From Naegleria gruberi (Eukaryota), in assembly GCA_000004985.1 (NCBI GenBank), contig GG738922.1: a DNA stretch of 64,000 nt, one strand, 5' to 3'. Below, in pieces: positions 10,287 through 20,354 of the stretch. The translations under genes were made by a program, and so were the position numbers. The notes under the pieces were generated by a model. That model did no database searches. It had not been told where the DNA came from and was given only the letters and a program-made list of their open reading frames with translations. Position 1 is the stretch's first letter. Each line of letters begins with the position of its first letter.

Positions 10287-13200
10287 ATGTCTAAAGAGAA
10301 CGATGACTTGGACTTTCTTGCCGATGACTATGATCAACCATCACAGTCCCCAAGAACAACATCAACCCGTCGATTATCTACAAGACCTCGTGTCGTCCTC
10401 AAGAAAACCTCCAATTCATCATCAAATTCGACAAGTGGCAGAAGAGACAGCATCAACTCTAATGATGAATTAACTTTAGATCAAATACAATCACCACCTT
10501 CTTCTTCATCATCAGCTACTACTTCACCACAATCAATTTCCTCTCCTCCAGAGCCAACATCAATCAACCCAACAAGAAGTGGCAGCAGTAAAATAATAAT
10601 TGGCTCCAAGATACAAAAACCAATCAATAACAATAATTCAACAACAACAAACAAACCAAGTCTCATTACTGAAAGCTCCAGTAAAGTTCAAACTAAAAAG
10701 TTTATGAGTAATTTATTGAAAAGTGTTCAGACCACACAAAATAATTCATCTCAACCTTCCTCTCCAACCAATGAATCTCAACAACAACAACAATTGAATG
10801 GATCTGGTGGAGTTGCTACTGCTACTACTGCCAATGCTAATAATTCCGAAGGTATTGTTATTGATGAAGCAGAAGAGAAGAGAAGAGATTTTGATGAATT
10901 GATGATGAAATCCTCAAAGAGACAACAACAACAATTATTCAGTGATAATGATAAGAAACAAATTACATTGGATAAACTTGAGAGTTTGATGCAAACATTG
11001 GATAGACATGATAGAGTGCCACTGTTGGATGAAAATATTAATATTGTTGATTTGTATAGTAGTGATCCATCTCAGATTGATGCAAAACAGGGAATTATCA
11101 AATCAAATCCTCCACTCTTTCAGAAACATGATCAACCATTAGATATTGACTTGTTTGAGGAGATTACAAGTTTCAGTACCATTCAGAGAAGATATCTTTC
11201 ACAAGATGAAATGGTTAAAGGTGATTTCAAGACAAGTCATGAATTCCAATTGAAACCAACTGTTGGAAATTTATCAAGTGCAGTTGATGAAGTGAGAGAA
11301 TTTGTAAAGAAAGAGAAGGAACGTCATCAAATCATGATGGGTGGTGAAGAAAAATCAACACAAAATGAATCTTCTTCATCTCTAACTGGTGGTGGTGTGC
11401 CTGGAGCCAGTTCTTCCTCATCTGATTTGAAATCAAATTTAGAAAAACAAGTTGAACATGAATCACATATGGAAAAAGCTAAGAAAATTTTCAGAAAGAT
11501 TGAATATCGACATGTTTTCAAAGATTTAGTTAATAGATTGGTTATGGAAAAGATTGGTATTCCTACAATTTTACGTGTCAATTCAAAATTTATTGCAGTT
11601 GGTACATCGAATGGTCTCATTGTTTTATATCACAGAAAGACTGAAAATCGTTTGGCAATTTTGGGTTCCATTCAAAATGAAGAAATTACAAATTTGAGTG
11701 GTGGAAAAGTTGTTAGACCTATTCAAGTTACTGCTCTCGATTTTGGTTCTAAAATGACATTACCTTATGAAGAGTTTAGTGCCAAATCAGAACAAGATTT
11801 ATTAATGTTATATTATAGAATTTCAACTGATCAAGATGATTATACTGTTAATGCTACAACTGGAGGTGATAAGCAACAAGATGAAGAAAATATTGAAGTA
11901 TTGAGTCAAACTTCACGTGTACTTGTCAGTGGTCATTCAGATGGTTCTATTAACATTTGGAATTTATCAACATTTAAACCTGTCAAACCACTTAAGGGAT
12001 ATTTCACAAAACCTGTTCAGAAAATTGTAAATTTACACAAAACTAGCAAGCAATATAATGCCATTGAATTTTTGGCAGTTGATACAAGTGGTAGAATGAA
12101 ACTTTTCAATGTGAGAAAGATTATGTTTGCTTACTATGTTGATGTTCAACCTATTTTATGGGCAAACATTCCAAAAGAAATGACTTCCTTCAAGTCAACC
12201 AATAATTTAGAAAGTGAAAATGGTGAATCCAATTCTTCTCAATTAATTGCTAGTAGTATGACTCCAGAACAACAATTAAAGATGAAAGAATTAGAAAAGA
12301 GACAACAACAAGAAAAGATTCTTTCCACCTTTTCAGAATTCCAAGTATTACCAAAATCAGAGGGTAGACATCCATTGGATAGATTTGTTTTGGCTGCTGT
12401 TGCTACTGAAAGTGAAGTTACCATTCACTCTGTTAAGCCATCAAGTAGACAAATTGCAACACTTTACAATAATAGTGTTTTAGATATGGCTAGTGGTGCT
12501 GCTTCATCTGCAGGTTCATTCATGAGAAAGAAGATTACTCCAAAGATTGCATGGAAAGCAAGTCAAATGGTTGATGGTGATCATAGAGGATTAACTGTTT
12601 CTCTCAATGATCAAACTAATCCTTATTTGGCAGTTGCTTGGGGCAACAGAATTGCATTCTATCATGTTGAAGTTCAACAACCTTCATCCTTCTTTAATTT
12701 CATGTTTGGAGGTAATTCTAACAGTGCTTCAACCAATGGTCAAGCTAACATCAATGGAACACAAAATGGTTCTTCTCAAAATGGTAATTCAAATGCCAAT
12801 ACACCAAATGGATCATCAAATATGAATGTTAATATGGGAGGAAGTGATTTGCCAAATATTTACTTTGCTTCTGAAATGTTTGTTCCATTCAATATTGAAC
12901 ATATTCACTGGTTGACTGACGATTTATTCATCGTATTGGACTCCAAACAAAGCAAGATGCTATTGATTGATAGAAAATTGGAAAGCTCAACCAATTGGAT
13001 AGAAGAAGTTAATTGTAAAGATTTAATGTTGGACTATATCTCTGATCCAATGATGAACATTCCAAATAATTTGAAAAAGAAATATGGTTTACAATATGGT
13101 GGTGGTTTTACAAGAGGTAGCTTTGATGTTTCTGCATTCCAATATATTGAAATCTTACGTCACTCTTCAATTACTCCACAAAGCTTGAAGCATTCCATGT

Positions 13201-16200
13201 ATAATTCTTCAGATAGTGATGATACTGTCAGTATTCCAAGTACAACTCACTCATTTGCATCCGAAATGTATAGAGCTAGCTATGGAGGTGGTGGCATTGT
13301 TACTGTCAAACATCGTAGTCCAACTATTTACATGTTGGGCGCTTCCGAGTTGAGAGCTATGCGTTGCTTGTCTTGGGATGAAAGAGTTGTTGCTCTTCAA
13401 ACTATTGGAGAGTATGAAGAAGCTTTGAATATGTCTGTTGAAATGTTCAACGATCCAACCTCTATTGGTGCTCTTGTTGGGCTTCCAAACAAGGAAGAAA
13501 TTCAAAGACATCAAGCTGTTAGTGCACTCATTTCTTCTATCCTTGTTGATTACAGAGATACAAAATTGCATCAACTTCAACTTGATAATGGTTTAACTCA
13601 TCAAAAAGTGGAAAGTTTAGTTCAAGTTGCCAGAAATTGTTTACAAAGAGCAATTGAAATTAACGATATTGAATTGATTGAAGGAACTTTCATGTCTTTT
13701 GAACATTATGGTTGCGAACACATTTTCTTCCAATTGTTGGTTGAAGAGCTTATTTTGAACGGTGCCCTATCAAGAATGATGACAATTGACTCTAAGAAAG
13801 CTTCATATGACTTTATTCAATCTCAATTCATGAAGATCAAGGATTTGTACACATCAGATGCTGATCCAGAGAAGGGTGAAAAGGGGTTGATTGATCTTTC
13901 AAGATATATCAAGTATCACAACAATATTGATAACGAAATAGCATACGATTCCAGTTCAATTCATCCACTTTCTCCAAAGGTCAGATTCGAAAGACTCGAA
14001 AGTATTATTCTCAATCTGGATATTTCCAAATTGCAAATTGAATATGAAATTTTCTTGGAATTGAATGAAAAGTGCAAGAGATACAACTTGTACAGAATGC
14101 ATATTTATTCAAACTGTGTATTGAACTCTGATTTCATCACACCAGTTAGAGATTATTTGGAAGACATTACAATCTCTGATTTGTCTACTGTTGAAACAAA
14201 GGAAAAGGCAGATGCAATTTTGGAATACTTTAAGAATATCGTCACAAAGGGAACAATCTTTACTGATGCTTATCACATTACCGATGTTGAAGTATTGAAG
14301 AAGGTTAAACGTTTGATTGTTGACTTTTTGTTTGAACAAACAAGAGTTGTCAGAATGTCGTCTAACTCACAAGAAAAACACAAGAATAATGGAATTGCTA
14401 TGTTGAATTTGGAAAAATTGATCAAGTACAATCCAAAGGAAACATTTGATGTATTGAAATTATACTTTGAAGAAATTGCTGTCGAAGGATCAACTGTTAC
14501 CTCACCATTTTATACCACATTCCCAAGACCAATCAAGAACCCACTTACAAAGGAAGAAAAGGGAAGTATTTTGGAAGAATTTATTGTTACATCCTTTGCT
14601 GATTGTGTCAATGAGGGAACTGGTTCCAACATGTCACTTCGTAAATGGGTTCCAAAGTTGAACCGTGAAGAATTGATTGAGGCAATGAAGAGTTACATTC
14701 TTGATCCTCCACAAGGTGAATTAGATATTGAAATTGATAGTCCAACCTTCACATTGAGAGAAAAGAAATACTTGTACGAATTTTTGGGAGAAATGATTGC
14801 CAGAAATATTTTGGCAGAAGACAAGGGTCAAATTAAGAGAATTTACACTCACTTGTGTCATGACAATGTATTTACCTCTGATGAAACCAAAGAGTTGCTG
14901 AAACAATTCAAGGAGCACGAAAAGGCATCCACTGAAACAAAGAAGGGTAAATCACTCCACTTGACAGAACAAGCAAGACAAGAAAGTGTTGAAAGAATTA
15001 TGAAGCAAACATCATATCTCAATGAGAGAAAGGAATATTTGATCAAAGAATATGATTTCAAACGTCACAGACAAAATATTTTGATGAAAATTCTTGAAAA
15101 ACTTGAAAGTTCCAATGAGCAAACCATCTCAACTATTCTTGTTCGTTTGATTGACTATGCCCAAGAAAATAACTGTTATCAAGCTGCTGTATATTTGAAT
15201 AGAAAGAAGAAAGATTACAAAGCTGTTATTAAGAATTATATTGATGATCTCAAATTGAAGAAAGCAATCGGTCATAGTCAACTTGACACACCTGTATTCA
15301 GTTATATTTCTGAATTGGCAAATGATTCTGAAGTTATTACTATTAGTATTCATGATGCTATTTTGGACCATTTCCTTGATTTGATGAAAGCTGACAGTGA
15401 AGAAATGACATTACTCATTGTGAAATACTTCCCAACTCTCCATCCTCAAGTTTTGAATACTCTCATCACTTCAAGCATCAAACACATTGAAGATGAAAGA
15501 CTCTTATTCAATTACTTGTCAAAGATTATTAATATTTATGAAGGAAATAATGATTTGATTGACGTTAAGGCCAACACTAGTTCTAGTACAATGTCTCAAT
15601 TCTTTACAAGCATGACAAGAACAAAGATTGATGTTGATATGGAATTACAATATCAATACATTAGATTATTATGTAAATTTGAACCACACAAAGTTTGTGA
15701 TTGGTTACAAACTCATCAATTCCCAGGTGAGAAGGCAGAAGAAATTTTAGAATATTGTAGAAATATTCCAGATGCTGTTAGTTTCCTCCTTGAAAGAAAT
15801 GGTGAAGTTATGGAAGCTCTTAACATTGTTTTGAAGAATATTTCAAGAGAAACAAGTATTTTGGAAGAAACTCTTTCGAATATTTCTAAAAAGTTTGATC
15901 CAGAAAATATTAGATTCTCCAAATATAGACATGTTAAAGATATCAAAGAGAGAACAAGACTTCAAAAGGGTGTTACTTATACAGATGCTGAAGAACAAGC
16001 AGAACAAAAGGGTATCAAATTCTTTAATGTAGAACGTATTCTTGGTTTGGTTGACTTGGAAGAAATTCCACTTGATGTCTATTTGGAAGCAAGAAGAAAA
16101 GTCTTAGATGGACGTGGATTACTTCCAAATACTTCTAATGTAGATAAGGATGATGCTAGTGTACACTCAGTAAATCCTCTCCATTATGGTTTGGATGAGG

Positions 16201-17624
16201 AATTCATTGGACGTGGATCAATCTTCCTCCAAGTTGAAGATTTGCCAGAATCTAAAAAGATTCGTAAGGAATTAGCTGTTGCTATTTCAATGTGTAAGAG
16301 AAATACTACAAGAAAGACAGTTGATGAAAAGCAAGTCAAGCAATTGTGGTTCAAATTATTGGATCAATTCAATCTTCCATTCAGTGAATATTTCAAATCT
16401 TACAAACTTGGTATTGAAGATTCATCAGTTTCAATGAAGAGAGATGATGAAGGTGGTGAAGGAGAAAGACTTCAAGCCAATGAAGAAACCGATGTTGAAC
16501 AATTGAAATCCAAGATTGAAAAAACCAGAGAAGCAAGAAAAACAAAGGAAAATGAATTGCTTGAAAAGGAAAAGGAGCTCTCTGAATGTGTCGATGAAGA
16601 AGAAAGAAAGGGACTTCAAAAGACGGTTGAAAATTCAAAGAAATATATTGCTCAGCAGATTAAGAAAGAAAAAACAATTCAAAAGCAAATTCAAGACATT
16701 CGTGATAAGAGCAAGATGGAAAAGGAGAAATCTAATCAAATGCACAATTTAGCCAAGTTGTGGCTCCAATTATTGGAATTCAAATTATTGAGAGTTGTTG
16801 TCTTGTCAGCTATTGGCAGTTTACCAATTCCTGAAATTTTGAAGAAATTAACCAAGGAAAATGCCAAATCAGATTTCTCAATGTACAGACAAATTTTACT
16901 TCATTTACTTGACAAGTACAAGTATGATTTGAAATTGTTACAAAATGCCAACAATGTGGTTGAGGAAGACACTTTCACATTGAGCAAGAAATTCACTGAC
17001 AGATTAATGAGAGGATTATGTCCAACCGTTCCAAAATGTATGCTCACTGATACATTACTTACACCTGAAGTAGATGACAATGAAGATGAAGAAAAGACCA
17101 ACTCAAAGAAGGGAAGAAGAGAAAAGAAGTTTGATGTTATCAGATTATTTGATACTGGATATGGTTATAGATTATCTGCTCTTGGTAATGTGACACGTTG
17201 TCCAACTACAACCACCTCTGTAAAGAAGAAGAAATTCGAAGTTGAAAAGACAAAATCAATTACAGAAGTTAAAAAGATCACTAACGAATTGTCAAGACTT
17301 TCACAAGTTGAATCTCAAGTCAAGAAGAAGCCAACTATGAAACTTTACAGAACTGCTCTCAAGGAATCTCAAATGGTTCGTTCTTCTACAAAGAAAGCTG
17401 GATCACTCGATTTGGTGTTCAGTGGACTTGACAGACCATTACTTCCTCCTATTGCCGAAGAGTTGACCAATATGGTTCCTAATTTGTTTACTACCACAAC
17501 ATCTAGAGATATTTCTGCTTCCAATGTTGAGACTAATGTTGAAAATTCAATCGTTTTTGAAGGAAGATATGTTTCACAAGAACAAATTATTGACTCTTTA
17601 CTTGACAATGCCATTCAATTCTAA
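10287..17624 (+). CDS. giant (2445 aa) WD40-repeat protein, Vps8-like (CORVET/HOPS class), with S/N/Q-rich and coiled-coil insertions
   Basis: Single 7.3-kb ORF from an ATG with A-rich leader. WD40-like segments (FIAVGTSNGLIVLYHRKTENRLAILG, LVSGHSDGSINIWNL) resemble the Vps8 N-terminal propeller. A long alpha-solenoid-like central region and a C-terminal K/E coiled coil follow. No RING finger seen. Family assignment is from remembered motifs, not a search. Confidence 0.5.
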   Translation: MSKENDDLDFLADDYDQPSQSPRTTSTRRLSTRPRVVLKKTSNSSSNSTSGRRDSINSNDELTLDQIQSPPSSSSSATTSPQSISSPPEPTSINPTRSGSSKIIIGSKIQKPINNNNSTTTNKPSLITESSSKVQTKKFMSNLLKSVQTTQNNSSQPSSPTNESQQQQQLNGSGGVATATTANANNSEGIVIDEAEEKRRDFDELMMKSSKRQQQQLFSDNDKKQITLDKLESLMQTLDRHDRVPLLDENINIVDLYSSDPSQIDAKQGIIKSNPPLFQKHDQPLDIDLFEEITSFSTIQRRYLSQDEMVKGDFKTSHEFQLKPTVGNLSSAVDEVREFVKKEKERHQIMMGGEEKSTQNESSSSLTGGGVPGASSSSSDLKSNLEKQVEHESHMEKAKKIFRKIEYRHVFKDLVNRLVMEKIGIPTILRVNSKFIAVGTSNGLIVLYHRKTENRLAILGSIQNEEITNLSGGKVVRPIQVTALDFGSKMTLPYEEFSAKSEQDLLMLYYRISTDQDDYTVNATTGGDKQQDEENIEVLSQTSRVLVSGHSDGSINIWNLSTFKPVKPLKGYFTKPVQKIVNLHKTSKQYNAIEFLAVDTSGRMKLFNVRKIMFAYYVDVQPILWANIPKEMTSFKSTNNLESENGESNSSQLIASSMTPEQQLKMKELEKRQQQEKILSTFSEFQVLPKSEGRHPLDRFVLAAVATESEVTIHSVKPSSRQIATLYNNSVLDMASGAASSAGSFMRKKITPKIAWKASQMVDGDHRGLTVSLNDQTNPYLAVAWGNRIAFYHVEVQQPSSFFNFMFGGNSNSASTNGQANINGTQNGSSQNGNSNANTPNGSSNMNVNMGGSDLPNIYFASEMFVPFNIEHIHWLTDDLFIVLDSKQSKMLLIDRKLESSTNWIEEVNCKDLMLDYISDPMMNIPNNLKKKYGLQYGGGFTRGSFDVSAFQYIEILRHSSITPQSLKHSMYNSSDSDDTVSIPSTTHSFASEMYRASYGGGGIVTVKHRSPTIYMLGASELRAMRCLSWDERVVALQTIGEYEEALNMSVEMFNDPTSIGALVGLPNKEEIQRHQAVSALISSILVDYRDTKLHQLQLDNGLTHQKVESLVQVARNCLQRAIEINDIELIEGTFMSFEHYGCEHIFFQLLVEELILNGALSRMMTIDSKKASYDFIQSQFMKIKDLYTSDADPEKGEKGLIDLSRYIKYHNNIDNEIAYDSSSIHPLSPKVRFERLESIILNLDISKLQIEYEIFLELNEKCKRYNLYRMHIYSNCVLNSDFITPVRDYLEDITISDLSTVETKEKADAILEYFKNIVTKGTIFTDAYHITDVEVLKKVKRLIVDFLFEQTRVVRMSSNSQEKHKNNGIAMLNLEKLIKYNPKETFDVLKLYFEEIAVEGSTVTSPFYTTFPRPIKNPLTKEEKGSILEEFIVTSFADCVNEGTGSNMSLRKWVPKLNREELIEAMKSYILDPPQGELDIEIDSPTFTLREKKYLYEFLGEMIARNILAEDKGQIKRIYTHLCHDNVFTSDETKELLKQFKEHEKASTETKKGKSLHLTEQARQESVERIMKQTSYLNERKEYLIKEYDFKRHRQNILMKILEKLESSNEQTISTILVRLIDYAQENNCYQAAVYLNRKKKDYKAVIKNYIDDLKLKKAIGHSQLDTPVFSYISELANDSEVITISIHDAILDHFLDLMKADSEEMTLLIVKYFPTLHPQVLNTLITSSIKHIEDERLLFNYLSKIINIYEGNNDLIDVKANTSSSTMSQFFTSMTRTKIDVDMELQYQYIRLLCKFEPHKVCDWLQTHQFPGEKAEEILEYCRNIPDAVSFLLERNGEVMEALNIVLKNISRETSILEETLSNISKKFDPENIRFSKYRHVKDIKERTRLQKGVTYTDAEEQAEQKGIKFFNVERILGLVDLEEIPLDVYLEARRKVLDGRGLLPNTSNVDKDDASVHSVNPLHYGLDEEFIGRGSIFLQVEDLPESKKIRKELAVAISMCKRNTTRKTVDEKQVKQLWFKLLDQFNLPFSEYFKSYKLGIEDSSVSMKRDDEGGEGERLQANEETDVEQLKSKIEKTREARKTKENELLEKEKELSECVDEEERKGLQKTVENSKKYIAQQIKKEKTIQKQIQDIRDKSKMEKEKSNQMHNLAKLWLQLLEFKLLRVVVLSAIGSLPIPEILKKLTKENAKSDFSMYRQILLHLLDKYKYDLKLLQNANNVVEEDTFTLSKKFTDRLMRGLCPTVPKCMLTDTLLTPEVDDNEDEEKTNSKKGRREKKFDVIRLFDTGYGYRLSALGNVTRCPTTTTSVKKKKFEVEKTKSITEVKKITNELSRLSQVESQVKKKPTMKLYRTALKESQMVRSSTKKAGSLDLVFSGLDRPLLPPIAEELTNMVPNLFTTTTSRDISASNVETNVENSIVFEGRYVSQEQIIDSLLDNAIQF

Positions 17625-17661
17625 AATAATATTCAAAAATTGTAAAACAAACATAAACATC

Positions 17662-20039
17662 TTAATTTTTAATAGAAGTAATGAGTTTTGTAAGAGTTTT
17701 GTTTGCAAATCTGAAAAGTGATAGAGCAAATGGATGTAAGAATTCATTCTCATTGTCGTTAACTGGAATTTTCAAAAGTCCACTCTCGGCATGGTAATAT
17801 TGTTTTGTTCTATCAGTAATTCTTTTCATTAATTCTTCTGCATCAACCCAAGAAAGATCAACCTTTTCAGTAAAAGGAACAGAGCTATCAATTATTGATC
17901 TTTCTTGAATTTCTTCGCTGGTAAGATACTCGAGCTCAGTAATAAATAAATTATACTTTCCATTTTCGAAATAATATCCCTCGGAGGTTGACAATTTGTC
18001 ATAAATGTTGCCAAAAGCAGCCTTCGTTTCTTCGTAAAATTCTCTTGCAGCTGTTTCTGCAGAGTTGGTATCAGCCTTTTCCCTCTTTCCACCGAATTCT
18101 GACCATGTAAACATTTGCTTGGCAATCTTGTATGGACTCAAACCTTTCTCAAAATTGATATTAGGATTTACATCGCCCTTTCCTCCTCTATTTTCTTTTC
18201 CAAGAAGGAAATAAACTTTTCCTTGGTGGATAGAATATGCAATAACACCTGCTGACTTATAATTTTGTTCAACTACAGGATCTCTTTCAATAATATCAGT
18301 ACTTTCTTGATTGGCTGCAATATCATAATGTGGTGAGTAGACTGGTTGAGTTGGATAGAATGAAGGATAATAACTGTAATAATTTGGCATTGGTGGATAA
18401 TATCCTGCAGCTGGAGCATAAACATTATGTTCTCCTGGTATAACTTCAACATAGTATGGGTAATAATAGACAGGTGGTTCTGGTTGATATGGATATCCAT
18501 AAACTGGTTGTGGAACATTCTCATGTTCAACATAGTTTTCTTCATTTTGATAGTTGGAACCTTGTTTAAACATTTTTGTCAAATTTCTTTGACGGGATTG
18601 TAAAATCTGCTTGATAAATTCATCTGAGGAATTAGCATTATCTATTCTCTCTTTATGATCGCAATCTCTACATTGAATAGTGAAAAATGTAAAATCATCT
18701 AAACGTTCAATTAATTGTTCTTCTTGATATTCTGTCAACTCATCAACATTATTATCATCTTTGAATTCTTGTAATATTCTTTGTTGTTGATCATGATCCA
18801 CAACTATTGGATTGGTTGTCTTGATCGACTTACAACTTGGACATACCATGTAATTTGAAATATATGATTGTAAAACTTGATCAATTAGTTTTGACATTTG
18901 ATTTTCTTCGTTCATAGAGATGGTTCCTCCATTCAATGTTTTAACTTTTACATCTTTTTCTTCATATTTTCCATTATTTTCTGTGAGTTCCTTTTTAACT
19001 TCAGAAATATGTTCATGAAGAATATATCCAATTTCATCATTTACATCAAAAAAGCATGTCTTTTCTGTTTTGAATCCGATATATTTCATAAGATCTTTGA
19101 AATTCAAATAAATATAAAATTATTATGAAACAACTTACATTGAGCTCTTCTATTCATTAAATTGGCAATTTCTGCCATATTAATAATTGATGTCTTTTTC
19201 ATTGTCAACTCTTGTTCAGCCTGACCCTCGGAATCTAAACACTTGTATTTTACAACTTGTGAAAAGTTTACAGTAGAAACTTTTGACCTAATCTTCTTTA
19301 ATAATTGTCTATGTGTTGGAGATTTAGACTCCTGATTATTAACATGAATTTCCTTGTTTGTAGATAATGTACCCTTCTTCTTTCTATCGACGAAATTTTG
19401 TTGTTGTTGACCAGCAGTACTTCCTCTCAATGATCCAGCCTTTGAATTGGTACCACCCACTATTGTAGTAGTAGAATTGTATTGATTATTCTTTGAGGTA
19501 GAAGATGATGATGATGAAACAGAGGAGGAACGTGATGTTGATTGTTGCTTATTTTTTTTGGAGGCTTGTTTTTGATTGTTATTGTTGTTGTTGTTGGTGT
19601 GATGATTGGAAGAAGAAGAGGCTGATGCTGATGAATGGTTATTTGATGATTTGTTATTGTTGTTGTTATTACCATTTGAAGGATGGTTAGATCCCTTTGA
19701 ATGATGAGCAGCATGATTAGTATTGTTGCCATTGTTATTACTTCTTGTGGATAATGGAAGTGAAGAGTTATTGATTGAATCATTGTGTGGTTGTTGTTGT
19801 TGATCGGCAGCAGTAACACTTCCATTATTGTGATGATTGTGCATCGCTATTGATGAACCATTGTTGTTGCTATTATTGTTAACACTGGAAGTAGCAGTCG
19901 TAGTGGTTGTGGTAGATAATGATGAAGAGGAGGACTTGTTTTTTCTCTTACGTCTATTCTTCTTTGAAGGACTTGTTGCTCCTCCATTGGTAGAAGAATT
20001 AGAATCAATACTTGTAGTAGATGTTGATGATTGTAACAT
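17662..20039 (-). CDS. eIF5/eIF2-beta-type zinc-ribbon (eIF2B_5) domain protein fused to a C-terminal Nudix-like domain, with a 300-aa S/N-rich N-terminal tract; 2 exons (19139..20039, 17662..19094), intron 19095..19138
   Basis: Track ORFs 19104..20039 and 17662..19107 join through a 44-nt GTAAGT..ttcaaag intron in phase 1. The spliced sequence KKTSIINMAEIANLMNRRAQYLMKYIGFKTEKTCFFDVNDE..YMVCPSCKSIKTTNPIVVD..FTIQCRDCDHKE parallels the eIF5 N-terminal domain ([61 protein letters not shown]). It is followed by a Y/P-rich linker (YGYPYQPEPPVYYYPYY..) and GVIAYSIHQGKVYFLLGKE..FGGKREKADTNSAETAAREFYEETKAAFG, resembling a Nudix fold with a degenerate Nudix box. Confidence 0.55.
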
Positions 20040-20354
20040 TCTTTGGTGTCAAATAGAATTTGATCATCAAATAGTCTGTTGTGATTGATCAATTCGTCAC
20101 GTAAATTGTGTACACACGACTGTAAACAAATGACAAGGGATGAAAGGATAAAACTAATTTGAAAATTTGTGAATTGTAACAAACAAGGAATGTGTGTAAA
20201 GTTGTTGAATATCAATCAATGCACAAACTCTTCACAGCAATGAAGAGAGATTGATGAGATCAATTTTTTTCTTTAAAAATAGGTGAAAAGTGCAAATTTG
20301 TTGATTTGAAAAAGTATGGCGCCACTTTACAAAAATTGAATTGTGAAAGATCTT

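Noticed and set aside
19460-20215. ORFs 19460..19825, 19505..19690, 19837..20088 and 19847..20215
   Set aside because: They overlap the S/N-rich N-terminal exon of the eIF5-like gene. They are low-complexity artefacts in other frames.
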